A stretch of 60,167 nucleotides of DNA from an uncultured Eubacteriales bacterium. GTDB lineage: Bacteria > Bacillota > Clostridia > Oscillospirales > Oscillospiraceae. Below the pieces are notes generated by a model. That model was not told the DNA's origin. It ran no database searches and was given only the letters and a program-made list of their open reading frames with translations. The DNA is taken from the NCBI GenBank assembly GCA_949746985.1, contig CATKDV010000165.1, positions 1 to 60,167 on the forward strand, written 5' to 3'. Positions 19,057-29,075 of the stretch are shown one piece after another. Position 1 is the first letter of the stretch. Each line of letters opens with the position of its first letter. The translations under genes and the position numbers were made by a program.

Positions 19057-19930
19057 CCGGTGACCCCTCCTTTTTTCCCTGGAACAGAGTGGACAACTTG
19101 TTAAAAATGGAGGTGTCCTCCTCCTTTTTATCGGGTATCAGTTCATTACGGAGAAGCCGTTCCAAAGTCTCAGGGGCCAAATGCCGCTTTAGCATCCCCC
19201 CCACCGCCACAGAGATAGAACCCGTCTCCTCCGAGACAATAGCTACCACTGCATCGGTCTGTTCACTGGCGCCGATACCGGCCCGGTGGCGCATCCCTAA
19301 CTCCTTGGAGAGATTTACATTTCCCGACATTGGAAGCATACATCCGGCTCCTACGATCCGCCCGTCCCGAACTATGACGGCGCCATCGTGGAGAGGCGCC
19401 TTATTCCAGAATATATTTTTCAGAAGCTCACTGTTGACCACGGTATCCAGCCGAGTCCCCGTGCGGATGGCGTCGTCCAGCATATTGTTCCGCTCAAAGA
19501 CCATCAAGGCTCCCGTCTTACTCTTGGAAAGCTCAGCGTAAGCCTCCACCGTCTGCGAAATCGCTCCATCCAGTTCATCGGAGACCATGGGCCGCCCCCC
19601 GGAAAAGACCTTTCCGATCCGGCTGCTGCCAACTTGCTCCAATAGCTTCCTAAGCTCGGGCTGAAACAGGATGACCAGGGCCAGTACGCCCACCTCCACA
19701 GCCCGGTTCAAAAGCCAATTGACAGTATACAGATGGCACACTCCGGAAACAGCCAGCGCCAGCAGTACAAAAATGATACCCTTTGCAACTTTTCCCGAAT
19801 TGGTGGAGCGGATCAGTTCAATAAACTTATAAATGAGGAAGGCCATAATGGCAATATCGATAATATCCGTGATGGCGATCATCCCAAAATTGGAAAACAC
19901 ACGCCCTGCCGCCGCGATCACTTGCTCCAT
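19037..19930 (-). CDS. cdaA: Diadenylate cyclase CdaA/DacA
   Basis: Three TM helices, FQPELR, PLHDGA, GMRHRA, VSEETG. Start moved to ATG 19930 after AGGAGGGAGG. Confidence 0.96.
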   Translation of the reverse strand: MEQVIAAAGRVFSNFGMIAITDIIDIAIMAFLIYKFIELIRSTNSGKVAKGIIFVLLALAVSGVCHLYTVNWLLNRAVEVGVLALVILFQPELRKLLEQVGSSRIGKVFSGGRPMVSDELDGAISQTVEAYAELSKSKTGALMVFERNNMLDDAIRTGTRLDTVVNSELLKNIFWNKAPLHDGAVIVRDGRIVGAGCMLPMSGNVNLSKELGMRHRAGIGASEQTDAVVAIVSEETGSISVAVGGMLKRHLAPETLERLLRNELIPDKKEEDTSIFNKLSTLFQGKKEGSPDGETKK

Positions 19931-20099
19931 CCTGACTCCTCCCTCCTGGCTGCACCCGATTTTCCCGCAGAGGGCATTCCCCCGCAATTATGATTATTAT
20001 ACTTGATTTTCCTTCTGTGCGCAAGGGAGTTAATCGTTAATTTTTCCTGAATTTCTGCCCTTTTCCATCTCCCGGCCTGTCCTTTTTTGCAAAAAAGAA

Positions 20100-20123
20100 A
20101 AGGGGCCTTTATCAGGTCCCCTT
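20100..20123 (-). terminator. Intrinsic terminator after the cysteine desulfurase gene
   Basis: AAGGGGCCT...AGGTCCCCTT hairpin followed by a T-rich run on the minus strand. Confidence 0.65.
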
Positions 20124-20130
20124 CTCCGTC

Positions 20131-21255
20131 CTATACCGTCAGCCTGGAGACCTCCCGAATCAGGCTTCGCACCTCGGCCGGGGTATTAAAATCGGAAAAA
20201 CTTACACGTACCGTCCCTCTCTCCTTCGTACCTGCGCTCTCATGGGCATAGGGGGCACAATGAAGGCCGGCCCGGACGGCTATATTTATCCGTCCTAACC
20301 GCTCCCCTACCTCCTCACAGTCAAGTTTATCAAGCTGAAAAGAGAGGACCCCCGCTTGAGCTGTCCAGTCCCGTGCCGCATATACGGTGATCCCGGCGAT
20401 CCCCAAAAGCCCTTGTCTGGCCTGCCGGGTCAGCTCTTGCTCCCGCCGAAGGATGGCCCCTTCTCCCCGGTTCTTTACAAAGCGGATCCCCTCTAAAAGT
20501 CCTGCGATACCAGGAACATTGTGAGTCCCAGCCTCCAGGCGATCCGGGAGAAAGTCCGGCATCTCCTGTCGGGCCGACAGGCTTCCTGTCCCCCCCTCCA
20601 AAAGCGGAGTCGTATTCCAGCCTTCTCCGCAAAGAAGAAGTCCGGTCCCTTGAGGTCCATAAAGCCCCTTATGCCCCGGCATTCCAATAAAGGCACAGCC
20701 CAACTCATCCATATGAACGGGTAGCGCTCCCGCCGATTGGGATGCGTCCAAAATAAATGGGATGCCCCGGTCCCGACATAAGCGGGCAATATCCTCTATG
20801 GGCAGAATAAAGCCGAACACATTGGAAACATGGGTGCAAATTACACAGGATACCTCTTCTGTGATCTGTTCAGCAAAAGCTGTCAGCATTGCCTCCTGGT
20901 CAAAGAGGGGAGAACGAGCTACCTTGATATGACAGCCCAATCCCGCCAACGGCCGTGTCACGGCATTGTGCTCGTATCCGGAGACCACAACCGTATCCCC
21001 CGGCTTTACCACCGATTTGATAGCCAGATTCAGGGCATGGGTAGCATTGAGAGTGAATATCACATTCTCCGGATCCTTGATATGGAACAATTCTGCGGCG
21101 GCTTGCCGGCAGCTGAATGCAGTCTCCGCCGCCAGCATGGCAGGACGGTGACCACCCCGGCCGGGAGAGGCCATTTGCTCCATGGCAGAAAACACTGCCC
21201 GCCGAACGGAATATGGCTTCTGCAGCGTGGTGGCGGCGCTGTCCAGATAAATCAT
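20131..21255 (-). CDS. Aminotransferase class V, cysteine desulfurase-like
   Basis: IYLDSAATT, DASQSAG, PLP lysine in GHKGLYGPQG, RAGLHCA. Confidence 0.92.
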   Translation of the reverse strand: MIYLDSAATTLQKPYSVRRAVFSAMEQMASPGRGGHRPAMLAAETAFSCRQAAAELFHIKDPENVIFTLNATHALNLAIKSVVKPGDTVVVSGYEHNAVTRPLAGLGCHIKVARSPLFDQEAMLTAFAEQITEEVSCVICTHVSNVFGFILPIEDIARLCRDRGIPFILDASQSAGALPVHMDELGCAFIGMPGHKGLYGPQGTGLLLCGEGWNTTPLLEGGTGSLSARQEMPDFLPDRLEAGTHNVPGIAGLLEGIRFVKNRGEGAILRREQELTRQARQGLLGIAGITVYAARDWTAQAGVLSFQLDKLDCEEVGERLGRINIAVRAGLHCAPYAHESAGTKERGTVRVSFSDFNTPAEVRSLIREVSRLTV

Positions 21256-21509
21256 CAGAGCAGCACCTCCTTATAGCTTCCGTCACTGGCCATAATGAAT
21301 ACCCGCTTAGGGCCAAGACCAGCCCGGGCCAAAACCATCAGGGCATTTGCCAGATTCCGTTCCGAAACTTTCACCGAGTGACTGCACCCCTCGCTATCTA
21401 TCACCTTTGGCGAACGAAGGATATGGGCGGTGATCCCGGCCCGTTCCAGTGCCATCTGGGTCCGCTGGGCGTAGGTCAGGGAGCGACAGACGATCAGATA
21501 GTAAACCAT
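21255..21509 (-). CDS. DUF3343 family small protein
   Basis: MVYYLIVCRSLTYAQR...SPKVIDSEGCSHSVKV; AGAAAGGA RBS; 1-nt overlap with the desulfurase gene. Confidence 0.8.
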   Translation of the reverse strand: MVYYLIVCRSLTYAQRTQMALERAGITAHILRSPKVIDSEGCSHSVKVSERNLANALMVLARAGLGPKRVFIMASDGSYKEVLL

Positions 21510-21567
21510 AACGAACGACCATTCCTTTCTATGGGTATGAGAGAAATGGCCTTCCACGAGAAAGGCA

Positions 21568-21610
21568 AAAACGCTCCTCTCACCGCATGATATGCGGGAT
21601 AGGAGCGTTT
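21568..21610 (-). terminator. Terminator after ispF
   Basis: AAACGCTCCT...AGGAGCGTTT stem followed by Ts on the minus strand. Confidence 0.7.
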
Positions 21611-21720
21611 GGGAACCGGAGGTCAACGCCAAGCTTACTCTTTGATGGCTATGATCCAAATGATCAAGACCTTTTTCCCTTTCACGGATATCTGGTAGCA
21701 TCCCTTTTCACCACGTTTAT

Positions 21721-22200
21721 TTAATCCCCGCCTTCCCTCACCAGGCACACCGCCTGGGCGGCGATCCCCTCACCCCTGCCGGTGAATCCCAAACGCTCCT
21801 CAGTGGTAGCCTTCACGCTGACCCGGTCCAGGTCCACCCTCAGCCTCAAGGCAAGATTTTGCCGCATCTCCGAGATATAAGGGGCCAGTTTAGGGGCCTG
21901 AGCCACCACGGTCATATCCACATTGCCCACGGAAAAGCCCTTCCCCTGCAACAGATCCACAACCCTGTCCAGCAGCTTCAAGCTGTCCGCCCCAGCGTAG
22001 GCGGGGTCATTGTCGGGGAACAGATGCCCAATGTCCCCCAAGGCGCAGGCTCCCAGCAGGGCGTCCATGAGGGCGTGGGTCAGTACATCGGCATCCGAAT
22101 GGCCCAAAAGTCCCTTCTCACAGGGGATCTCCACCCCGCCCAAAATAAGCTTCCGCCCCTCCACCAACCTATGTACATCGTAGCCCTGCCCAATCCTCAC
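21721..22200 (-). CDS. ispF: 2-C-methyl-D-erythritol 2,4-cyclodiphosphate synthase
   Basis: [25 protein letters not shown] 22200 overlaps the ispD stop. Confidence 0.96.
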   Translation of the reverse strand: MRIGQGYDVHRLVEGRKLILGGVEIPCEKGLLGHSDADVLTHALMDALLGACALGDIGHLFPDNDPAYAGADSLKLLDRVVDLLQGKGFSVGNVDMTVVAQAPKLAPYISEMRQNLALRLRVDLDRVSVKATTEERLGFTGRGEGIAAQAVCLVREGGD

Positions 22201-22925
22201 AGGACGCCCCACCTTTCCAAAATGGCTTCCGCCACCGCCAGATCCTCCGGGGTCGTGAGTTTAATATTGTCATAAGACCCCTCGGTAAGACAAACCGGCA
22301 TACCGATCCGCTCCACAGCTGAACAGTCATCGGTAAGTTCTATCCCATCTGTCAGAGCTTTCTCCAATGCCCCTAAAATAAGACCATGCTCAAAAACCTG
22401 AGGAGTCTGGACCGCATAGAGTTCCGAACGGTCCAAAGCTCCCGTCACAATCCCGCCCACCGCTCGCTTGATGGTATCCTTCACCGGCACGGCTGGGGCG
22501 GCCGCCCCTCGCTCCGCCGCTTTCTCTATGGCAGCGTTGATAATCTCCTCCGTTACCAAAGGACGATCTCCATCATGAACCGCAATCAGCTCAGAGGCAG
22601 GGTCTGCCTCGCGAATTCCCGCCAGTACTGAGGCAGAACGGGACTCTCCCCCCACCACGATCTTCCGCACTTTTGTAAGCGCAGCTTCCTTGCAGAGCTG
22701 TCCCAGAGGGACCAGCATTTCCTCCCTGGCTGCGATAATGATCTCGGTAATATATGCGCTGTTCTCCAGTGTCCGCAGAGTGCGCAGTATCATAGGCACA
22801 TCTCCCAATGGAAGCAACAGCTTGTCTTCTCCCATACGAACAGAACGCCCCGCCGCAGGTACAATAGCGCTGCAGGTCGGAGCCGCTTTTTTCCCCTTTC
22901 CCAACAGCTGCGACAGAAATCCCAT
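22197..22925 (-). CDS. ispD: 2-C-methyl-D-erythritol 4-phosphate cytidylyltransferase
   Basis: [35 protein letters not shown]. Confidence 0.95.
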   Translation of the reverse strand: MGFLSQLLGKGKKAAPTCSAIVPAAGRSVRMGEDKLLLPLGDVPMILRTLRTLENSAYITEIIIAAREEMLVPLGQLCKEAALTKVRKIVVGGESRSASVLAGIREADPASELIAVHDGDRPLVTEEIINAAIEKAAERGAAAPAVPVKDTIKRAVGGIVTGALDRSELYAVQTPQVFEHGLILGALEKALTDGIELTDDCSAVERIGMPVCLTEGSYDNIKLTTPEDLAVAEAILERWGVL

Positions 22926-22984
22926 TAGATTTCCTCCTCATTATTAAAAAAGGAACCATTTTGGTTCCTTTTTCTCATTGCCTG

Positions 22985-23464
22985 TTATTGTGCCAAAGCA
23001 AGGTCAATTCGCCGCTCTACATCCTCATAGCTGGAACTTTCTGACATAACGATCTCAGAAATCAAGATCTGTTTGGCTGAATGGAGCATCTTCCGCTCTC
23101 CCGTGGAAAGCCCGCGCTCTCCATCCCGGAGCATTAAAGTCTTCATCACTCTGGCAACCTCTAACAAATCGCCACTTTTTAAACGCAACATATTTTCCCG
23201 GTATCTCCGGTTCCAATTGGGGTCCACATCCACCTCGATATCGGACAAGGCGTTCATGATCCTATCTGCCTCGTCTGCATCCATGACCGGCCTCATACCA
23301 ATTTCTGTGCTGCTCTCTGTGGGCACCATTACCAGCATACCGCCCACCGGCAACTTTAAAATATAATAATCCCGCACTACCCCGTTAATTTTCCGCGTCG
23401 TAATCCCGTCTATGATGCCAGCGCCATGCATTGGATGGACGATCTTGTCCCCAACCTGAAACAT
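22985..23464 (-). CDS. carD: CarD family transcription factor
   Basis: GDKIVHPMHGAG, NWNRRY, LSTGER; upstream of ispD. Confidence 0.93.
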   Translation of the reverse strand: MFQVGDKIVHPMHGAGIIDGITTRKINGVVRDYYILKLPVGGMLVMVPTESSTEIGMRPVMDADEADRIMNALSDIEVDVDPNWNRRYRENMLRLKSGDLLEVARVMKTLMLRDGERGLSTGERKMLHSAKQILISEIVMSESSSYEDVERRIDLALAQ

Positions 23465-23533
23465 GTTTCCCTCCTATTCCCTCATCCTATTCTTCCAACT
23501 GTTATTATAGACCTTTTTTTACCAATATGCAAG

Positions 23534-23572
23534 AAAAAACAGCGTCATTTTCCTAAGAAAACGACGCTGTTT
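23534..23572. terminator. Terminator after ispH-rpsA
   Basis: AAAACAGCGTC...GACGCTGTTTT inverted repeat. Confidence 0.75.
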
Positions 23573-23588
23573 TAGATTTTGACCGTTT

Positions 23589-25610
23589 TTACTCTCCGTC
23601 AGACTCCACGTCTGCAAAGTCGGGAGCAACCTCTGTAGTTTCCCCGTCAGCACTGGCGACCACTACATCCTCCTCATTGACATCAGCGGGCTTTTCAGGC
23701 TCCAGCAGAGCCCGGATAGACAGAGACACCTTCTTTTTGTCATAATCGATGTCGGTAATCTTCACATCCACTTCCTGTCCCTCGCTGAGGACATCACCAG
23801 GCTTTTCAACGCGGTGGTCAGCGATCTGAGAAATGTGGACCAGGCCATCCACGCCGGGAACTACCTCGGCGAACGCACCAAAGGTCATCAACTTGACCAC
23901 CTTCACGGCGGCAGTATCGCCTACATGATACTTCTCTGTGAACTGTGCCCAGGGATCTTGGCTCTTATCTTTCATTCCCAAAGAAATTTTCCGCTTTTCA
24001 GGGTCGAAGGAGATGACATATACGTCCACCTCATCACCGGGATTCACCACCTCAGAGGGGTGCTTGATGCGGCTCCAGGAAAGCTCAGAGATATGGACCA
24101 TGCCATCTACGCCGCCAATATCTACAAAGGCGCCATAAGAGGTGAGGGATTTCACAACGCCATGATAACGCTTGCCCTCTTCGATGGCATTCCAGACCTC
24201 AGCGGACTTCTCCGCCCTCTCTGCGGCAGTTACAGCCCGGATAGAGCCGACCACACGGCGGCGGGCCCGGTTGACCTCAGTAATGCGCAGTCTGACCTTT
24301 TGCTTAAGAAGCTCGGTCAAAGGGGTGTCGCGGGGAACTCCGGTCTGGGACGCAGGGACAAATACCCGCACACCCTTAATGCTGACCACAACGCCGCCCT
24401 TGTTCTCCTCGGTGACAATGCCTTCCACCGTGGACTTATCTTCGCAGGCCTTCTCCACATCGTCCCAGCTCTTGACAGAATCCAGCTTCTTCTTGGACAG
24501 GGTAACTACACCCTCAGCGTCATTGACCCGGACCACAAAGACTTCGATCTCCTGGCCAACCTTGACCAGGTCCTCAACCTTGGCAGTGGGATCGTCGGTC
24601 AACTCAGCCACCGGTATGTAACCGGCATGCTTCGTGCCGAGATCCACATAGATCTCAGTGGGCGTAATAGCAGTGACAACGCCTGTGACCTTCTCCCCCG
24701 TATGCAAAGTTTTGATCGACTTCTCCAGCAGTTCGGCAAAGGATTCCTCGATCTCCATCATGTTTTCGTCGCTCATTTTGTCATATACCTCCTTTATGAT
24801 CCACACAGGCGTTGACGCGCCAGCGGTGATCGCCACTCTGGCCTCTTTCTCAAATTGGGCCAAGTCCAGCTCGTCCGAATTTTGGACCCACACAGTGTTG
24901 GGACACAGCGCTTTGCACAATTCATAGAGCCGATGTGTGTTTGCGCTTTCCCGCCCTCCAATGACGACCACAGCGTCATTTTGGATAGCCAATTGCTGGG
25001 CTTCGGATTGTCTGGTACAGGTAGCATTACATATTGTATCAAAAATTTTGATATTTGTACACAGTTTTTTTGCGTTTTCTTTACAAATTTTCCAGACAGA
25101 TTGGGTACAGGTAGTCTGCGAGACCATTGTAAAGGGCAATAGCCCCTCCCCGGGCCGCTTGCTGAAGTATTCCTCAATCTCTTCTCCGCCCTTGAATATC
25201 AACGGTTCCCTGCTCCAACCCGCAATGGCCTGGACCTCAGGATGGCCTTTTGCCCCAATGATAATGACCCTCCGGTCCTCCTCCCCCGCCTGCCGGACCA
25301 GTCTGTGGATCCGAGAAACATTGGGACAAGTGGTATCCATAATTTCCAGACCCCGGTCTCTCAATATCTCAAAGGTCTCTCTTCCCTCTCCATGAGAGCG
25401 AAGGATCACACAGCTCCCCTCCGGGATCTCTTCCGGGGAATCAACCACTCCGACGCCCATGCTTTGTAGTCGGCCGATCACCGCCTGGTTGTGAATGACC
25501 GGACCCAACATCACGCATGGAGTACTGCCCCGAGCCGCTTCCTGCGCCAGCTCCACCGCTCTTCGGACCCCATAACAGAAACCCGCCGACTTTGCCAGCG
25601 TTACCTTCAT
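23589..25610 (-). CDS. ispH-rpsA: Bifunctional IspH / ribosomal protein S1 fusion
   Basis: IspH motifs AGFCYGVRRA, DTTCP, TICNAT, TAGASTP, followed by four S1 domains (YGAFVDIGGVDGMVHISE). Confidence 0.96.
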   Translation of the reverse strand: MKVTLAKSAGFCYGVRRAVELAQEAARGSTPCVMLGPVIHNQAVIGRLQSMGVGVVDSPEEIPEGSCVILRSHGEGRETFEILRDRGLEIMDTTCPNVSRIHRLVRQAGEEDRRVIIIGAKGHPEVQAIAGWSREPLIFKGGEEIEEYFSKRPGEGLLPFTMVSQTTCTQSVWKICKENAKKLCTNIKIFDTICNATCTRQSEAQQLAIQNDAVVVIGGRESANTHRLYELCKALCPNTVWVQNSDELDLAQFEKEARVAITAGASTPVWIIKEVYDKMSDENMMEIEESFAELLEKSIKTLHTGEKVTGVVTAITPTEIYVDLGTKHAGYIPVAELTDDPTAKVEDLVKVGQEIEVFVVRVNDAEGVVTLSKKKLDSVKSWDDVEKACEDKSTVEGIVTEENKGGVVVSIKGVRVFVPASQTGVPRDTPLTELLKQKVRLRITEVNRARRRVVGSIRAVTAAERAEKSAEVWNAIEEGKRYHGVVKSLTSYGAFVDIGGVDGMVHISELSWSRIKHPSEVVNPGDEVDVYVISFDPEKRKISLGMKDKSQDPWAQFTEKYHVGDTAAVKVVKLMTFGAFAEVVPGVDGLVHISQIADHRVEKPGDVLSEGQEVDVKITDIDYDKKKVSLSIRALLEPEKPADVNEEDVVVASADGETTEVAPDFADVESDGE
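25033..25061 (-). promoter_or_regulatory. Putative internal sigma-A promoter inside ispH driving the S1 moiety
   Basis: TGTACA-N17-TACAAT with extended -10 TG, inside an AT-rich island in the coding sequence. Confidence 0.55.
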
Positions 25611-26203
25611 CTTGCTTGCTCCTCCAACGACGCAATGCGGCTCATCAATTCCTTGGCTATCATCTTATACTCCTCAGCCGAGCCTTTACGCCCCTCTACT
25701 TGAGGCAAAAATGGCTCTCCAAACACCACGGGGGTTCGGCGGAACCATCTCTTTTTCGCCGGGATATAAATGGGAACCAATGGAGCCCCCGTACGAACGG
25801 AGAACATGGCCGCTCCCGTCTTGCCGTCCTCATCCAATGTCCCGTTCTTATGGCGGGTCCCCTCAGGAAACAAAAGCAACTTATCGCCACTTTTGAGACA
25901 TTTGATGGCCTCTTTTACCGCTCCCACATCAGACTTCCCCCGCTCAACAGCAAAAACCCCCGCTTTTTTCAAAATCCAGCCTATTATCGGAACTCTCATA
26001 AGTTCCGCCTTTGCCATGACCCGTGGCTTTACTTTCAGCCCCAGAGCATAAACCACAAAAAAAGGATCGCTCATTCGAGTGTGGTTAGGACATAGAAGGG
26101 CCGCCCCCTCAGGAACTTTTTCCCTTCCAACCGCCCTGCAGGGGTGAAACAAGTTAAAAAAGGGCCAGACAACACAGTATAAGAGAGAAAACCAAGTCTT
26201 CAT
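25607..26203 (-). CDS. plsC: 1-acyl-sn-glycerol-3-phosphate acyltransferase
   Basis: NHTRMSD, FPEGTR. Confidence 0.92.
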   Translation of the reverse strand: MKTWFSLLYCVVWPFFNLFHPCRAVGREKVPEGAALLCPNHTRMSDPFFVVYALGLKVKPRVMAKAELMRVPIIGWILKKAGVFAVERGKSDVGAVKEAIKCLKSGDKLLLFPEGTRHKNGTLDEDGKTGAAMFSVRTGAPLVPIYIPAKKRWFRRTPVVFGEPFLPQVEGRKGSAEEYKMIAKELMSRIASLEEQAR

Positions 26204-26874
26204 ACCAAATTCTCCTGTACCGTCTGAAGAAGCAGCTGAAAGCTCCCTTCCAAAGAAATGCCGGTGGTATCTATTAAAACCGCTCCCTCCGCCTGTTTCA
26301 GCGGCGCAGCGGCACGCCCCGAATCCCGTGTATCCCGCTCTATGATGTCAGCAAGCACCGTCTCAAATGCCACAGCATTCCCCTGCTCCACCAATTCAAT
26401 ATAGCGGCGATTGGCGCGCTCCTGGGCTGAGGCGGTGAGAAAAATCTTTACATCAGCACCTGGAAGGACGACGGTCCCAATATCCCGTCCATCCATGACC
26501 ACATTGTGGGACTTTGCCATATCCCTCTGCATATCCATAAGAAAAGCGCGGACCTGAGGGATAGCAGAAATCTTAGAGGCGGCATCAGAAACCTCTGGGG
26601 TTCGAATTTTTCGGGTCACATCTTCATCCCCCAGGTACATATGCTGCAGCCCATCTTCTCCGTAGTCCATACGGATATCCACCTGGGGCAGCAACGGTTT
26701 CACCTGCTCCCATTCTCCAGGTTGAGCTTTATTTTGAAGGGCAAACAAACCCAAAGTCCGGTATATGGCTCCGGTATCCACATAGATATAACCCAATTCC
26801 ATGGCCAACCGCTTGGCCATAGTGCTCTTTCCTGCGCCAGATGGGCCGTCTATGGCAATACTCTTAAATTTCAT
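26200..26874 (-). CDS. cmk: Cytidylate kinase
   Basis: IAIDGPSGAGKST, DTGAIYR, DGRDIG. Start moved to ATG 26874. Confidence 0.96.
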   Translation of the reverse strand: MKFKSIAIDGPSGAGKSTMAKRLAMELGYIYVDTGAIYRTLGLFALQNKAQPGEWEQVKPLLPQVDIRMDYGEDGLQHMYLGDEDVTRKIRTPEVSDAASKISAIPQVRAFLMDMQRDMAKSHNVVMDGRDIGTVVLPGADVKIFLTASAQERANRRYIELVEQGNAVAFETVLADIIERDTRDSGRAAAPLKQAEGAVLIDTTGISLEGSFQLLLQTVQENLV

Positions 26875-28117
26875 CCGCACTTTCCTCCCTGCAGTAGGCT
26901 GTCGCACCCAGTCCAGCCGCCCGCCCTGTCGCCCAGGCGATCTGGAGGTTGAAGCCACCGGTATACGCATCCACATCTAAGATTTCGCCCGCAAAATAGA
27001 GTCCCTTACAGAGTTTAGATGCCATATCCTTAGGTGATACCTCTTTCACCGTCACACCGCCAGCCGTAACAATGGCCTCCTCCACCGGACGAGGTCCGTC
27101 GATCGGAAATGCCAAAGCCTTTATGGTCTCCAACAATCTCCGCCGCTGAGCTTTAGTGACCGTATTAGCTTTTATCTCTCCCGGTATATTTGCCCGCTTT
27201 AGAAGCACAGGTATCAACGTCTTTGGTTCCAAACTCTCCAATACATGGCGGAGGTCCTTATTTGCCCCCTCTCCCAGCTCCCGGATAAGGCGAAGGTCCA
27301 GCGTTTCCTCATTCAGCGCTGGTTTTAGGTCAATATAAGCCGTATAGCAGTCTGTTCCAAAATCCCGCATATGGGCGCTGGCACTAAGGATCAGAGGACC
27401 TGACAGTCCAAAATGTGTAAACAGGAGCTCTCCCTGCTCCTGGAAGATCACCTTATTTTTGCCATTCTTGACCCGCAGTCCCACGTTTCGCAGGGACAAT
27501 CCCTGCATGGGGGCGCAATCCTCCGCCTCCATCGGGACCAAAGATCCCTGCGGCCGCTGAACAGTATGTCCCACCATCTTTGCCATCCGATAGCCGTCCC
27601 CGGTGGAACCGGTCGCAGGATAAGAAACTCCCCCGGTAGCAAGGATAACTGCCTTACAGGTATATCGTCTGTTATTCTCCCCCCTGACAGCAACGACCGC
27701 CCCCTCTTCCAGCACAAGGGCTTCCGCTCGATCCCGCACAATCTCTACACCCGCTTTTCGCAGCGCTTGCAGAAGAGCGTCGATCACATCAGCCGCCTTA
27801 TCCGACTGCGGAAATACCCGGTTGCCTCGTTCTGTTTTCAGCGGAACTCTCATCTTCTCAAAGAAGGCCATGACCTCTGCAGGCGGAAACTGTGTCAGCG
27901 CGCTGGAAAGAAATTTGCCATTATGTGGAATATTGGCAAGACATTCCTGAACCGAGGAATTGTTTGTCAGATTACACCGACCTTTTCCGGTGATGTACAG
28001 CTTCCTTCCCAACTTGGGGTTTCGCTCCAAAAGCCGAACCTTCGCCCCCTGAGCGGCAGCTGTAACAGCAGCCATACATCCGGCGGCGCCGCCGCCGATC
28101 ACAACAATATCATTCAT
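26864..28117 (-). CDS. HI0933/BaiN-like NAD(P)/FAD-dependent oxidoreductase
   Basis: GGGAAG, TGKGRCNLTN, LFTHFGLSGP, TGGFNLQ. Confidence 0.92.
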   Translation of the reverse strand: MNDIVVIGGGAAGCMAAVTAAAQGAKVRLLERNPKLGRKLYITGKGRCNLTNNSSVQECLANIPHNGKFLSSALTQFPPAEVMAFFEKMRVPLKTERGNRVFPQSDKAADVIDALLQALRKAGVEIVRDRAEALVLEEGAVVAVRGENNRRYTCKAVILATGGVSYPATGSTGDGYRMAKMVGHTVQRPQGSLVPMEAEDCAPMQGLSLRNVGLRVKNGKNKVIFQEQGELLFTHFGLSGPLILSASAHMRDFGTDCYTAYIDLKPALNEETLDLRLIRELGEGANKDLRHVLESLEPKTLIPVLLKRANIPGEIKANTVTKAQRRRLLETIKALAFPIDGPRPVEEAIVTAGGVTVKEVSPKDMASKLCKGLYFAGEILDVDAYTGGFNLQIAWATGRAAGLGATAYCREESADEI

Positions 28118-28973
28118 CGGTCTTCTCGTAAACCTGGTATTCATCCCAAATCTGTTCCAAGGCCCGGAAAGTACTCTCGACCTCCGCTCCCTTTTTACGG
28201 CTCACCGCCGCGATAAGGGCATTTACCAGGGAGAGCGGGGCCACCAAAGAGTCCGCAAAGGAAACCATATCACTCTTGGCAAAAAGTGTGTGGTCAGCAA
28301 TTCCGGCCAACGGGGAAGCTTGGGAATCTGTAATCGCAACAGCGGTGGCTCCCCGTTCTTTGGCATATCCCATCGCTTTTAACGTCCGCTTGGAGTATCG
28401 AGGAAAGCTGATCCCCAGGATCACATCCCCCTCCCCGATCCGCAAGATCTGCTCAAAAAGTTCACTGGAGGAATTTGTGTGGACCACCACTACATTTTCC
28501 AACATCATATTGAAATAGAAGCCCAAAAAACTGGACAGGGCGTAGGCGGAGCGGACCCCAAGTATATAAACCTTCCTGGCGGACAGAATGGCCTCCACTG
28601 CAGCATCAAAGCAGCCCCGGTCTACCTCCTCCAGCGTCATACGAATATTCTCTGCGTCTGCGTGCATCACCACAGGCAGGATATCATGGTTGCTCATACG
28701 GTCATTAGAAACCTCGATACGCTGCACAGCGGTAAGCTTGTTACGTATCATCTCCTGCAATGCCTTCTGCATGGCAGGATATCCGTCATATCCAAGTTCT
28801 GCGGCAAAGCGGACTACCGTGGATTCGCTGACCTGCACCGTCTTTCCCAATCTACTGGCGGTCATAAATGCCGCCTTGTCATAGGAGTCAAGGATGTAAT
28901 TGGCGATCCGCTTCTGCCCCTTGGAAAAGCCCTTCATCTCACTCTGTATGTGCGCTAAAATATCCTTTGTCAT
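28110..28973 (-). CDS. MurR/RpiR family transcriptional regulator
   Basis: HTH SESTVVRFA plus SIS domain (ISFPRYS, ITDS). Start moved to ATG 28973. Confidence 0.92.
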   Translation of the reverse strand: MTKDILAHIQSEMKGFSKGQKRIANYILDSYDKAAFMTASRLGKTVQVSESTVVRFAAELGYDGYPAMQKALQEMIRNKLTAVQRIEVSNDRMSNHDILPVVMHADAENIRMTLEEVDRGCFDAAVEAILSARKVYILGVRSAYALSSFLGFYFNMMLENVVVVHTNSSSELFEQILRIGEGDVILGISFPRYSKRTLKAMGYAKERGATAVAITDSQASPLAGIADHTLFAKSDMVSFADSLVAPLSLVNALIAAVSRKKGAEVESTFRALEQIWDEYQVYEKTDE

Positions 28974-29075
28974 TTGTCGACCTCGCCTCGCTTTTCTGCC
29001 CGATCTTCCAAGATCGGCAATCTCTATCATAGCTGGATTTCCGCAGAAAAGCAACTTATTTTTGCAAGCTTTCTC

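Noticed and set aside
21610-21720. Possible purine riboswitch or T-box after ispF (CTACC...CCGTGAA on the minus strand)
   Set aside because: The required stems do not pair and there is no T-box UGGNACC bulge; only a terminator is supported.
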